DNA of 64,000 nucleotides from Felis catus (GCF_018350175.1 NC_058368.1:206028001-206092000); one strand, 5' to 3'; shown: positions 13,142 to 26,934, counted from the first letter of the stretch. Program-made: numbers and translations. Notes: generated by a model not told the origin, from the letters alone.

Positions 13142-13918
13142 CCATGCATGTATAGAAATGAGCCTGTATCCCCCCCTCTACTCAAAATTTATTTAATATT
13201 CTTGACTTTGGGAAGTTTATCCCAAGTGATCATTTTAAAACAATTTTCATGAATGAAAGATCTACATGAATTATGAAGTGACTGGGTGATTTTGAAACCA
13301 GGCCTCCTAAAAGAATCACCAACCTGGAAATATTCTAGAAAGAAGTCAGTGGCTGTGGTATAGAGTTATGTTAAAGAATTAAGGCCTATTCGTGATTGAA
13401 AACCTGCCTCTACCACTTACTAATTGTGGAACCATGGGCTGATCAATTAAGCTCTCTGGGATTACTAACAAGCTCATTTGTAGAATTAGTTTGATAACAT
13501 ATAGTTCATATGTTTGAGAATTAAATGAAATAAAACATGCAAAGCCCTTGGCTTCTTATGTGGTTTCATAGTACATTCTCAATAATAGGTGGTACCAATG
13601 AGAAAATAACAGAGAAGACCGTCTGTAGATGTTGTAGAAATAGATTGACAGGATATAGTGACTGATTAGATGTGGTCAGTGAGTGAGAGCAAGGTGTCAG
13701 AGGTAGCCCAACTCCTGAATCTTACTGGCTGACTCGTGGATTCTGTTCTCTCACATCCAGATCACTCCATTTGACCACAGTTGAGTCTTTTGGGCCATTG
13801 CCTTTGTTCTAGCTTTCCGATACATTGCCACCAAAGTGCCTGCTCCTCTGGGGACAAATTAGGTAAAATCAAACCCTGAAGTCCTGTGGTGAGTCACACT
13901 GTCTCCCTCTCATTTCAG

Positions 13919-14100
13919 CCGCCACTTCCGAATGTGTCTGCCTGTTGCCTCCCCAGTGCTTCAAGGGTGGAAACCAACTCTACTGCATCAAAATGGGATC
14001 ATCGATGAGTGAGAAAACAGTGAACATCTGTGACATAGGAGCTATAAGATGTGCCAACAGGAAAGTGGAAATACTGTATCCTGGGAGGTGTTCAGCCTAA
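13919..14100 (+). CDS. C6: Complement C6, terminal coding exon (FIM2 C-terminus and stop)
   Basis: Acceptor ctctcatttcag. Translates (A)ATSECVCLLPPQCFKGGNQLYCIKMGSSMSEKTVNICDIGAIRCANRKVEILYPGRCSA*, TAA at 14098-14100; matches the recalled human C6 C-terminus. Confidence 0.97.
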
Positions 14101-14700
14101 AACAATCACTGAATAACAGATTTACTGTCCAAAAATAATCTCTACAAGAGGGCATTCTCCTACAAACAGCAGACTGGTGTGCCCAGAAGTTACTGACATA
14201 AATTCTTTTGTGTTACTTTCATATAATTCTTCTCCATGACTCTCCTGCCTTAGTCTTTCCTATCCAGTCCCAGCCTATGATGTTTTCTGTAGCATATACC
14301 TCAGTAGTAACTTTCACATCGATCCAGTGAATTCTGTTCACACTGCACTAAAACGATGGGACTTCTGAGGATCTTATGAAGCCTGTAGTATTAAGCATCC
14401 TCACAAGTACAATTAAGAACAAAAACCATCGGGGCGCCTGGGTGGCTCAGTCGGTTGAGCGTCCGACTTCGGCTCAGGTCATGATCTCACAGTCCGTGGG
14501 TTCGAGCCCTGCGTCGGGCTCTGTGCTGACCGCTCAGAGCCTGGAGCCTGTTTCAGATTCTGTGTCTCCCTCTCTCTCTGACCCTCCCCCACTTGCACTC
14601 TGTCTCTCTCTGTCTCAAAAATAAATAAACATTTAAAAAAAAAAAGAACAAAAACCATAATTGTCTTCAATTATTCAATAAACATAAACCTACAACAACT
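14101..14700 (+). other. C6: Probable C6 3' UTR with candidate native polyadenylation signal AATAAA at 14677-14682
   Basis: Follows the stop codon; first AATAAA in non-SINE sequence. The true cleavage site cannot be determined from sequence alone. Confidence 0.55.
14431..14643 (+). mobile_element. SINEC_Fc within the C6 3' UTR
   Basis: TSD aagaacaaaaaccat at 14415-14429 and 14644-14658. Confidence 0.96.
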
Positions 14701-15269
14701 TGGAAAACACATTCTTAAAACCCAACTTTCCTTCATGCATTCATTCCACAAATAATTCTGAATATCTACAATGTGCCACAGACTGTTTAGGATGCTGGGG
14801 AATCGGCAGTGAATAAAAGAGACAAAACCCCTTGCCTTCTTGAAGCTTACATTCATGTGGAGACAGGCAAACAAGAAACAAAATAAACATATAAAATATA
14901 TAGTATGTTTGATGGTGATGGTGGTAATTGCTATGGAAAAAATAATGTAAGGAAAGGTGAGTCCCATCATCTCATGCAAGGAGACACTCCATAGTAATAA
15001 GCATCACAGTAGGGATGATTGGGAACAAGTGGAAATTGCCTTGTTTAAAGTAGTTGAAAAACTCCTGGAGTTCCATACTCTTAGGAAAAAAGATTCTTCT
15101 TGCCTCAGCTAAAGTGCATTCCAAAGCTTTTAAATTGAAGTATGTGATGGATGGAAAATCATCAGAGAATTTTGAAGGAATAATTTTTAAGTTAAATTAT
15201 ATCCAAGTAGACATCCATTTCTCAGAGAAGTTAGGGTGTCATTTTATTGGGGAAGAGGAGTGTCTTTGG

Positions 15270-15450
15270 AACAGCAATTCTCAAATATTGGTCTCAGAAT
15301 CACCTGGAGTACTTGTTAATACACACGCTTGCAACCCACCCCCAGTTTCTGGTTCAGTAGGTCTGGGGTGGGGCCAGAGAATTTCTAACAGCTTTCCAGG
15401 TAGTACCACTAATGATCATTCGGGAAGGTCACGTTTTGAAAACACTTAGT
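15270..15450. mobile_element. MER5-like hAT DNA transposon (MITE)
   Basis: cagcaattctcaaa...cagaatcacctggag...ggtctggggtggggcc...tttgaaaacact pattern. Confidence 0.75.
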
Positions 15451-15730
15451 TTAGAAATGGAGTCATCCAACAGTTCATTCTGTTTGAGTTACTAACTGAT
15501 CTCCAAACCTTAGCCAGCCAATCTCCAAGCCCCTGAGTGGAAGGATATTTCCTTCCTCTAAAACTCAATGGGATTCCCACCTAGTGGAAGGGGGCTGTGA
15601 GCCACAGCCACCTGCAGCACCCTCATTATACCTTATACATTAAATGTCATTCCTCTTCCATCTCATTCATCATAAGATGTTGGCAACATCTAAAACTTCT
15701 TGCAATATCAAACAGAAGTATGAGGAAGGA

Positions 15731-16280
15731 ACGACCCAGCAATTGCACTACTAGGTATTTATCCAAGGGATACAGGTATGCTGTTTCAAAGGGGCACCCA
15801 GATGTTTATAGCAGCACTATCGACAATAGCCAAAGTATGGAAAGAGCCCGAACGTCCATCGATGGATGAATGGATAAAGAAGATGTGGTATATATACACA
15901 ATGGAGTATTACTCAGCAATCAAAAAGAATGAAATCTTGCCATTTGCAACTACGAGGATAGAACTAGAGGGTATTGCTAAGTGAAATTAGTCAGAGAATG
16001 ACAAATATCATACGACTTCACTCATATGAGTACTTTAAGACACAGAACAGATGAACATAAGGGAAGGGAAGCAAAAATAATATAAAAACAGGGAGGGGGG
16101 CAAAAAAGAGACTCTTAAATATGGAGAACAAACAGAGGGTTGCTGGAGGGGTTGTGGGAGAGGGGATGGGCTAAATGGGTAAGGGGCATTAAGAAATCTA
16201 CTCCTGAAATCATTGTTGCACTATATGCTAACTAGCTTAGATGTAAATTTAAAAAGTTAACTTAAATTTAATTAAAAAAA
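15731..16280 (+). mobile_element. 5'-truncated carnivore L1 (ORF2 C-terminus and 3' UTR)
   Basis: Peptide [16 protein letters not shown]...[31 protein letters not shown] agaagtatgaggaagga at 15714-15730 and 16281-16297. Confidence 0.96.
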
Positions 16281-17064
16281 AGAAGTATGAGGAAGGAAAA
16301 AAAAAAAAAACTAGGACAGAAAAAATTTTCCTAGCGTAACAGCAATTGAGTGGGAATTTTTCTCTTCCCACGAATCAGTAACCTATCTTCCCCAGTCACG
16401 CCACCCCCTCCCATCTCACAAAATTGGTGCAGGCCATCTCGTCAGCATCATGCCTTCAGAGCTCCCAAGAGTCCAAACTGAGGGCAAAGAGGTATTAAAT
16501 ACTCCCATGTTCCAAGGAGAGCCACTACTGAATCAAGAGCATTTCCTCAGGACTGAGTTGGAGCTGCTCTCCCCAGCTCTCACACCTGTCCCACACCGTT
16601 CTGAGGGGAGAGGAGGACCTGGGACCAGGGGACCAGGGGAGGCGGGAGGGAGGCCATGGGAATCGGCAGGCTAGTGAATACAGTTTTCATAGAGAGAGTC
16701 CTACTCCTCCCCTGAGACCTTTTAGAACTTTTCCCCTCCTGAATGAGGAGGTGGAGGATGCAGAAAGTATCCACTGAAGCCAGGCATCTGAAGCCCTGCG
16801 AGAATCATTTGTAGGGTGTGGGGCACCAGCAGCAAGGACAGAGAGGCTGCCCCGCTGGTGGGATATTGTGAGTCTTAGAGCTGAAGCCTGTGAGCAGGTT
16901 GCAGGAGGACTCCCGGGGAGGTGTGGATCCTGATGAGGGCAGGTGTGGAGGGGATTCTCCCTTCCTGTGCATGAAACCACCTCCTGCCTAGAGAGTGCTG
17001 AAGGCAGGATGCTGATGAGAGTGCCCCTCACCATTTTGGGTGGGGAGGTGTTCTTTAGTGTTGT

Positions 17065-17325
17065 TTAGTGTTCCTTGGCTTGTGCGTTTCCACCTCTATC
17101 AGGACATGGCTGTCTTCATTGTCTTCCTTCGGTGCATGTCTGTCTGACCAAATGTGTATTGTCTTATGAGCAGAAAGTCATGTAAGATTAGGCCCACTCT
17201 AATGATCTCATCTTAATTGGATTACAGCCGCAAAGACCCCATTTCTAAATATGGTCACATTTGCAACGACCAGAGGTTCGGACTTCAACGTATCTTTTCT
17301 TGCGGATACAATTCAACCCATAGCA
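17065..17325. mobile_element. Partial MLT1 (MaLR) LTR
   Basis: gattaggcccactctaatgatctcatcttaa...ggtcacatt...acaattcaacccatagca motif. Confidence 0.8.
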
Positions 17326-20300
17326 CCGTGACTGGGGAAAACAAAGTTTCCTGTTTACACCCTATAATATAATCAAGTGTTTATACCAGATATTATATTC
17401 ATATTACTTGATTAAAATCAGTCATGTTTGCTTTGAAGTATGTTACTCTTTTACTTCTAACAATCTTCCCTTTTAATGGTGATTAGTTGTTCTTTTTACC
17501 ACTTTAGTTACCTTTGTTTCAAAGGATTTTTTGAGTGCAATAAAGTTTGCATTAGGCTAATTTGCATACCATTTACCAGTAGAATTTTTCACACACATAT
17601 TAATATTAATATAGCAATTTAGTAGAAAAAGTGTTAAGAGCTAGAGATTAAATTGTCATCATGAAGCAGAGAACAAAACTGAAACATATTAAATACCTGG
17701 AATTTGGATCTAGAATGTTCAACACTGTCCTAGAAGATTAAATAAATTCATGATCAAAGGTAAAGGCTTATCCTCTTAGGCTATTAGAGATGAATACTAA
17801 GCATTCATGCTTGTAGTTTCAGTAACTGGAAACAGTTCAAGTCCTTTTCTATATATATGGATTTTAATTTTTGTTGATTCTGCAAGAAATTGACAAAATA
17901 AATTGGACCCCAGTTTAAAGAACTTCGTAAATTAACATGCTATCTCTCTCAGATGTCCTGAAAGCAAAATTCTAAGACTGTTATTTTTAAAACTCCATTC
18001 CTCTGGTGAGGTGACATTCAAGCTTAAGTAAAGATTTCCTCTTTTTGACAGTCCTCAGTAAAGTTCACTAAATTTAAGAATATGTTACTGTTTTTTTCTC
18101 TTTCTATAAAAGCCTCCCACAATGAAAATTCCTTAGTTTTAAAGATTGAGCTCTTCTGTTCTTTCCAGAAGAACGCACCCACCAGCTAGACCTCATCCAC
18201 ATACCCTTGCTAAATTCTAATTCTGGATAAGAAGAATCTGACAGATAATGATGCCTCTGGTTGGTGTTGGGCACCAAATATCCTGAAGTTTGGTTTAACT
18301 GGATTCTAAATGGCTAGCTGTCTCTAAGGTCACCTTCATTCTTTTGGAATATGTTGTGTGCGGAATCAATGAGGCGTCGAGCCTCTAACCCCACAAATGG
18401 CCTGCAAAATTATAGTTGTATCCATGTCATTTTATGAAAGTGAGACAGGCTACTGCTACCCTATTAGTCTTCCTGACAACTTGTGGCCATACAGCTTCAG
18501 TGGCACTTGTCAAATGTCAGTTGGTACAGGTATGTGTCACTGATCAAAGGACTCCCATGGACAGATGCACTGAAAGTCATGCTTACAAAGCTTTATATAG
18601 AAAGATCTTCATAACAACATTATTGGTAATAGCAAAAAATGACAGAGCCTAAATGTCAAATCATAAATTATGCCTTCCCCCCATATGATGGAACAGTAAG
18701 AGACCACAGACAAGTATGTTTGCTAAAAGACTTTAAAGGACATAATAAAAAGTGAGAAACCAGGCTACAGTGCTACACATGATTCCAGCTATATTAATTG
18801 TGTATGTATAAATATCTTTAAAAACAATCATTAGGAGAACAAACCTCTGGAATTTGCAGTTATTTTTATTGTCTTGTTCATATTTTTCTGAATTTTCTGG
18901 ATTTTTTTATAATCAGCATGCATTTTCTTTTATAAAGAACGTATGAACGTCATTCTAAAAATTTTCTCTTCTACTTATGTGAAAAGATAGTTAATTCCAT
19001 TTGGATGGACATATTGGTGGCAAATCGGCTTTGGAGTTTAAGCCGGTCCCACTGGTCTGGACTTGTGCACGTGAGACAGGTGAGTTTCAGCCAGACGTGT
19101 GAGCCTCACGTGCATGCATTCATTCATTCACAAGCATTTTCTCAGTACCTGCTAAGTCACAGGAGTTAGGTCCATAATCATGAAGAGATTTTGGAGGTAC
19201 TCACAGTAGACTGGGAAGATTTTAAAGGTATATTTAAACCAGTATTATACAAAAGAGAAAGCAATTAGTTAGTTCTAAAAAACTACAGGTGTAGAAAATA
19301 TCTTTAGGGAATAAAAAAAAACTGGACAGTTAATAAAATAAAGTCAAACCTCACTTCTCACAGTTGGAGTCATTGAGTACCTACTTGAACTTGGGCAAAC
19401 CTCTGAGACTCAGTTTCCATGGGAAAATGGGGACAATACCAGTCAACTCACTCTAGTTTATACACATATACACACGCACACACACACATAAAGCAAATAC
19501 CAAAGAGCCTAGAATGAAATGTGTATTCAACTACTTGGGTGATATAATAATTATTATTAGTTAATAATTATTATTAATAATAATAAAATATTATTATTAA
19601 ACACCGATGGAAAAGAGTGGCTGGACTTCACCTTTTATTTCCTATCACATGAGGCATTTCTTCTATTGCCAGTCTTGCCATGAAACCTGATTTATTAAGG
19701 AGCCATGGACTTACTTAGAGTGCTCAGAAAGCAGAAACAGCTGTCTGACTAGGCTGATGACAAGTGCATGTTCACAGTGCTCATGCGGGCATGACTCCCA
19801 TAATCAGCACCAGAAATAAAGGTTTTAAGTTCTCTTCAGAATGAATCATGCTTCATGCCAAATCAATGGAGATGGCCTGCTGTTTGCAGCTGAAAACCTA
19901 ACAATCTATGATATCAAAGCAATGTGAACAGAAGACCCAGGAATAGAAAGTGAAGAGGAAATTAGACTGGGTAGCTGGAAGTACACTCCAAGGATTACTT
20001 AGCTTGATCCACCCCCCTAGTACGCAGTGACATGGTAGATTTGGGAAAAGGTTACATTTTACCTAAAATGTGACCCTTACCATGATGGTAAAGCCACATT
20101 ACAGTTCAAGGCCCTAAGACCAGAATTTGTTGTCTTTCATGAAGCTGTGTTTGTAATACCACCAGAATATAGAGTACCACCCTAACTGAAGCATTTCCGT
20201 TTTGTTTATAACAACTGAAAACTGTTGCTTTGGTGCATGTCTTCTCTTCTATTGAAAGGAGCTCTACACACTGGTACATCTCTGCAGTTGTCAAAATTAC

Positions 20301-20692
20301 CGCTCACCAGTGTTGCTGGCTCTCCATTTCTCGAGGACCTGGTAGGATCGTGGCATTGGGGTACCATGTAATTCATTCTGACCAGTGAAATGTGACCAGA
20401 AGTACTTGTATAGCTTTTGGACAAAACATGTAATTGCTGGCATCCCCCCCAGAACTCCCCTTTCCCTGTGACACATTTGAAATGGTGGCTGCTCCATCAG
20501 CCTGAGTCCCTGAGTCATTAACATGAGCAAAGTCTTCTATACTTCATCAAACTTCTATGGGTATGTGGCATGAGCAAAATATAAACCTATGTGAGGTTGA
20601 GGGAGGGGGGTATTTGTTACATCATTACCTAACCTACTTGTCTGACATTAACTGTAACAAATGACATGATGACATTAGAAGCTGATCTCTTT

Positions 20693-20948
20693 TTGTTTTC
20701 ACTCCTATGTGCATCCTGAGAAACTTAACAGAAGACCGTGGGGGAGGGGAAGGAAAGAAAAAAATGGTTAGAGAGGGAGGGAGCCAAAACATAAGAGACT
20801 CCTAAAAACTGAAAACAAACTGAGGATTTATGGGGGGTGGGAGGGAGGGGAGGGTGGGTGATGGGTATTGAGGAGGGCACCTGTTGGGATGAGCACTGGG
20901 TGTTGTATGGAAACCAATTTGACAATAAATTTCATAATAATAAAAAAA
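20693..20948 (+). mobile_element. Short 5'-truncated L1_Fc 3' end
   Basis: gagggcacctgttgggatgagcactgggtgttgtatggaaacc...aataaa; TSD agaagctgatctcttt. Confidence 0.95.
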
Positions 20949-21579
20949 AGAAGCTGATCTCTTTCACTGCCCCTCTGCCCCCAAACTTTATTCCAGAACA
21001 CTCAGTTTTCTATGGGGCCATAGATGTTAAATAGGAATTGCTATGGTTTCAACATGGCCTATGATTACTATTGTGCTTGGGGAAAAATACAGAAACAAAC
21101 TAAAATTTGGAAAGGGGAGTGACTATATTTAGTTCTTAAATACATTCTTCATTGCATCCATCATTTTATAGAGAAATGTGTTAGTAGAAAAAGTTGCAAA
21201 GAAAATCTATTCTTACGTAGAGAGTTTACCTGCTAGGACTAAGAAGAAATGTAAGGAAATAAAAAAATGGTGAACACTCTTATAGAAAATTTCTTAATAT
21301 ATTTGGGAAAATTTTTAGAATCTTAAAAATGTTAATTAGTTTTTTGAAACATTTACTATTTTAAAGTGCTTTTCAAAGTTAATTAAATCCACTTTATATT
21401 TCTTGATTACCAAATCATTCCTATTTTATTTCACATCAATTGCTTATCAAAACTGCATTCTAAATAATTTCAAGCATTTACTAAAGATGCAGATAAACAA
21501 AAAAAGGATCCTTCATTCCAATTTCCAAAGCTTGGATGTAACTTAAAATCTAACTAGTAGAGTGTAGCAGATATTATTT

Positions 21580-22140
21580 ATTGTCCCTCCCCTCCCCCCC
21601 AAAAAAATCTATTCAGTCCCCTGCCAATGGCCAGTATTTCAGAAAAGGCTGGTTTCAGTCTCAACACCAGAACCAAAAAGTATACAACAATTTGTTTAAG
21701 TCAGTCAATGGGGTTCCATTTCCCAACTTGTGTGGTTTAGACATGTGCAGGTATTGCAAGGCTGATGAATGAGAGGTGAGGAGCATCTCATGCAGGGTTT
21801 CACAGAAGGAATTTCTCATTCTTCAGGAGTTCACAGGAAGAGATGGTGTCTTCTGAATGTTGCCAGGTCTGAACATGATGTCCGGAACTACTGTAGCCAT
21901 CTTGCCACCATGAGTGGATTTCCATTTGTGGTTCTAGGCCAACATGTGGAAGAGTTTCTAGTAGAGACCTAGAAAGAACCATTTGTGGACCCTTTGCGAC
22001 ATCACTGAGCCACTGAATTACCTAACTCAGGAGTGTCCATGCTTTTGGTCTTCTTGTTATAAAATAATAAATTTTCTTTACTGTTTAAGCTATTTTGTGA
22101 TTTGGGTTCTCTGCTCCTTATAGACAAACGTATCCTGATC
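21580..22140. mobile_element. MLT1-type LTR remnant
   Basis: gccatcttgccaccatgag and aataataaattttctttactgtttaagc motifs. Confidence 0.65.
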
Positions 22141-22609
22141 CAGAAATTAATCATGTTCTTGAGGTTTGTACTTTTGTGATGTCGATAGATTGGTAGCATA
22201 GGTTTTTATTTCAAAATGATTAATACCCGTTTGTTTGTTTGTTTGTTTGTTTGTTTGTTTGTTTTTAAAGGGAGTGTTTCCTCTCTTGGTTGAATATACT
22301 TATTGTGTATCTAACAAAGGAAAGATGAACCTTCAGAAATGGAACCTAGTAAGGCAACAATTTCAGTTCATAATGAATCTATTCATTATTTCTTGGAAAG
22401 CCAAAGTCATCTCTGAAGTTTCCCAAGTAACCAACAATTAATTGTAGACTCAGTGTCATGTTTAATTGTCTGAAGGGAAAGGGAGACCTAAAGCTTTCTA
22501 AGCCACTAGTAGGTGCCAGACTCATCATATAACTATTTTTACTTAGTCCTCACAGAAACTCTTAAGAGACATAGGTGTTGTTGGCCTCATTTAGAGATGA
22601 AGAAATTAA

Positions 22610-22818
22610 GGGGCGTCTGGGTGGCTCAGTTGGTTGAATGTCCGACATCGGCTCAGGTCATGGTCTCACGGTTGGTGAGTTCAAGCCCCGTGTCGGGCTC
22701 TGTGCTGACAGCTCAGTGCCTGGAGCCTGCTTCAGATTCTGTGTCTCCTTCTCTTTCTGCTCTTCCCTTGCTCACACTCTGTCTCTCTCTCAAAAATAAA
22801 TAAAATTCATCTCAAAAA
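22610..22818 (+). mobile_element. Can-SINE inserted in a MIR
   Basis: TSD ttagagatgaagaaattaagg. Confidence 0.95.
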
Positions 22819-23012
22819 TTAGAGATGAAGAAATTAAGGATCAGAAACCAGAGTTACTTGCCAAATTTCATACACCTCGTAAAAGGCAGGCAGAAGTCAA
22901 ACCTGCCCAGACTAACTTAAGAACTCAGGAGCAGACTGAACTATATCAAGGCCAGATTTATTGATTTTTTAATTATACAATGGTTACTGTTGTGATTATA
23001 AAGAAGGCTGCC

Positions 23013-23217
23013 CGGGTGCCTGGGTGGTTCAGTCGGTTAAACAGCCCACTTTGGCTCAGGCCATGATCTCACCGTTCATGAGTTCGAGCCCCACGTAGGG
23101 CTCTGTGCTGACAGCTCAGAGCCTGGAGCCAGCTTTGGATTCTGTGTCTCTTGCTCTCTCTGCCGCTCCCCCACTCATGTTCTGCCTCTCAATACTGAAT
23201 AAAAGTTTAAAAATTTA

Positions 23218-23250
<33 letters not shown>
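23013..23250 (+). mobile_element. Can-SINE with (TAAA)n tail, nested in an MLT1 LTR (~22990-23740)
   Basis: TSD aaga(a/t)ggctgc; flanks read as MLT1, ending tacagcaatagacaactgaaata. Confidence 0.9.
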
Positions 23251-23252
<2 letters not shown>

Positions 23253-23924
23253 AGATGGCTGCAAATCATCTGACATTCTTCCATTGAGATGTCAGTTCTA
23301 ATTTCATACCCTTAAATTCTGGCAGGCTTTCGACCGCTGCCACTAACGAAGTAGAGCAAAAGCATGATGTGACTTATGAGACTGTCCAAAAACAGGTCTT
23401 TATTCACAGAAACACTTGCTCTTAGTGCCCTGACCTGCTATGGTAGAAGTCAATGATGCTGAGGCCACTCCACTGTGAGGAAACCCAAGATACATGAAGA
23501 ATCCATGTGTAGGGACCCTAGGCAACAGAACAACTTAGCCCAGATGTTGAGACATCCCAGTCCAGACACCAGACATGTGAATGACAAATGTTGAACCTTC
23601 CCACTTGAGGCTTCAGACAGCATGAAACAGATGGAAACCATCTCCCACTACAAATTCCTGATCCACAGAAGCCATAAGTAATACACCATGTTACACTATG
23701 AAGTTGAGACTAGTTTGTTATACAGCAATAGACAACTGAAATAGTTTTGCAAGAGAATGTCTTTATTCTCAGGAAATATACACTGAAGCATGTAGGAATA
23801 AAGTAACGACACTTCCTTCAGATAGTGGAGACGTCGTTGAAATAATAAAGGATCCCCTGGTAGTGATTCCCAAATCTGGGAGTCATCAAAATCATTTGGA
23901 AAGATTTTTTAAAATATTGACTCT

Positions 23925-24080
23925 CAGATATTGTAATAACATTGTATGGTGACGTAGGTATACTTGTGGTGAGCACGACATAATGTATAGAGGTGTTAAA
24001 TTACTACATTGTGAACCTAAAACTAATATAACATTGTATGTCAACTGTTCTCAAATGTTTAAAAATTTTAATAAAATAAA
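23925..24080 (+). mobile_element. L1MA-type 3' end inserted into a MER5-like element
   Basis: gaacctaaaactaatataacattgtatgtcaact L1 terminus; TSD aaaatattga(c/t)tc. Confidence 0.8.
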
Positions 24081-25527
24081 ATATTGATTCCCAAGTCCCA
24101 CCCAGACCTACTAAACTAGAATCTTCAGAACTTAGATAATAGCACACACTCAATAAAAACCCAATCAGGAAAATTGTTTCAGACCTGAGCTGAGATAAGC
24201 AATTGAAATCAGGAATCATATACTGCCCACTCTGAGTCCTTGAACACAGGCCCTAGTACTGACCCTATCCCTCACCCCTTTCCTTCTACCCACTTGAAGG
24301 CCTCTGTTCCCAGGCTTGTGCCCGTATGATCAGACCATATGGCCACCCATACCTTTTTCGAAAGGTTTGCTCCTTGAGACACCATGCCCAAGTCCTCCAG
24401 CTTGGTTGACTGTGCTTTAGCCATAAACTCAGGAATTGCAGAAATCCACACCCACTTGTTCAGTGAGGTGTTTCATTCCTACCCATTATCTCTAGACTGT
24501 TCCCTGTCTAAAATAGTGAGAAATGGAGGATAAACAAGGGCAGAAAATGGCAGAAAGAAAAACGAGGGTACTGTGACAAACTGGGGTGAAAGAGCAAAGA
24601 ATATGCCATGTTAAAGGGTAGGCGATTGATCCTACAATCCCAGAGATGGTGCCACGGTCACCTGTCACCAAAGTCACCTCAGGTAGTATCACTCAGAGTG
24701 TCTGTGAATTATTCACTGTGGTTTCCAAGGAGATAAGGAGCTCGAACCAGAGTGTAAATCAACCAATTGCCTCCTTCATCCATAAAGTCTCGCCACAACA
24801 ACAAAAAAAATAGGCTGAACTAAGCAGGGTAGTTAGTGATAAAGTTCATACACATTCTGTCATAGGCTCCTTGTCCATCCGGAAATCAGTTCCCAGAAGG
24901 CATTTTAAGTATTCCTGACGTAGGGTGCTTGTCTAAATAACAACCACAGAAGCAGCAGTAATAATATACTTAACATTCACTAAGCATTTACTGTATGCTT
25001 AAACATTGTGTCTAAAGACTATGATAAGCTTTACTAATTATATCCACTAAAATTGAACACAATATACATGAAGAAAGGAGCTATGTTCAAAATTTTCTTG
25101 GTATACCTCAAAGTAACTGGCACAGAGCTATTTACACAAGTGATCAAAATATATTTAATTGTTTAAAGTAAAAGCATAAGAGAAATAAAGAAAATACTGG
25201 ATTAGAAACATAAATATGGGAGTCATCTACCAAGGACACAAAATCTATGTAACTAATTTCCCTAAGAGAATAAAGCCGGTTTTCTTTTTTGAATTATTCA
25301 TTCACTAATTCATTTCAGTATTTATTTATTCATCCAATTGAGAGCTTACTAAAAGCACTATTAGGGACAAACATGATTCTGATTCTCATGGAGCATAAAT
25401 TATTATGGAAGAGACAAAAAATAAATTATTAATTACTAATAAATAAGTTATTACAGACTGCAGTGAGAACTAACTAAAGAGCTAGAAGAAGCTGGAGGAC
25501 ATGTGAAGTCTTAGGGAAAAAGTAGCA

Positions 25528-25749
25528 GGGGAGGCGACTGGGTGGCTCCGTCGGTTGAATATTTGACTCTTGATTTTGGCCCAGGTCATGATCCCAGGGT
25601 TGTGGGGTCAAGCCCCGTGTCAGGCTCTATACTGAGCTTGGAGCCTAGTTGGGATTCTCACTCTCTCTGCCCCTCTCCCACTCGTGTGTGTGCGCATGTG
25701 TGTGTTTGTGTGTGTGTGTGTTCTCTCGAGAGAAAGAAAGAAAGAGAAA

Positions 25750-25810
<61 letters not shown>

Positions 25811-25826
25811 AAAGCATTTAAAAAAG
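25528..25826 (+). mobile_element. Can-SINE with (TG)n and (GAAA)n expansions
   Basis: SINE head, tetranucleotide run at ~25735-25812, TSD aaagtagcag. Confidence 0.92.
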
Positions 25827-26934
25827 AAAGTAGCAGACAGTGCGAATAGCCCATGTAAAGACCCTGAGGTGAGAAAGAGTCTGGAGCTTCTCTGAAAAAT
25901 AAAGCTAGTTTGCCTTTAGGCAGGTGGGAGGCCAATGTGCTGCTGAAAACAAAAGGAAAACCAAACAGGTTTAAAAATCATATATTGAGGCATAATAGGG
26001 CTGTAGCAGCAACAAGGACTAAGGGGGATAACATTTCAGAGAAGGAAACTTACAGAGGTGAGCTGAGGTTCTGCCTCTGCCCCTGGCGGCACCTGATCCT
26101 GGCCATCAGCTGGATAGAAGCCAAGAATCAGGGCTAGGCCCAGGCAGGGGCCACTGCTGGGGGAAGGAGAAACCAGTGGGCTCTTTAGGTTGTGCAGGAC
26201 GCTGCTGATAAAACTAGAGAAGTGATTAGACTCAAGCACATAGCCACTTCCTCTCTCAAAGCATTGACTGGGCTTGTTGTAGAAAAGAGACAGAAGTAGC
26301 GAGATTCAAGATATATTTTGGAGGTAGAATCATCAGGACTTGCTGATATTTTGAATGGAATTGAGCAGAGAAATATACAAAAGATGACCCTTAGGTTCTG
26401 ATGAGCAAAACTGGGTAGAATGATCGGAGAATAGGTTAGGGAGTCAGGGGAAGTGTCACTGAAGTTAGAAGGTTTTCCTGAGATTACCAACTCATTAGGA
26501 GCAAAATGAGGACTAGAATGTAAGTCTCCTGATTCTTATCCCACTATTCTCTACCACACCAAGTTAACTTTTCCTTTAGGAATTTTTGTCAATAGTATTA
26601 CTTCTGTCTGTATTACACACACTTTGCACAGACATATTTTGTGTTTAGAAGCTCAGTTTTCAGGAGTAGTCAAGTATTAATTTTGAGGCTTTAAACACGG
26701 GTGACAAAATGCAGATGCCTTCAAAGCCAGCAAACAAAAGAGGGGTGAAGAGCAGTTTTATGATCATACAGAATGGGAGGGAGGGCTCTTTTGATGTACC
26801 CACAGGGCTCATCACCCCTAAAGGAATTCAAATTTGTTTTTAAAAATATTTTAATCACCTGCCAATTAGAACACATTTATATGCAGTGTTCCAACTCCTG
26901 CTAATTAGATGCAAATATGTTTGCTAATACCCAT

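Noticed and set aside
19543..19600. AT-rich quasi-palindromic (TAA/TTA)n tract as a cruciform element
   Set aside because: Low-complexity sequence at the end of a MIR-like repeat; self-complementarity is expected by chance.
25542..25935. Overlapping low-complexity ORFs (KERK and FFLS repeats)
   Set aside because: These are translations of a SINE and a (GAAA)n microsatellite.
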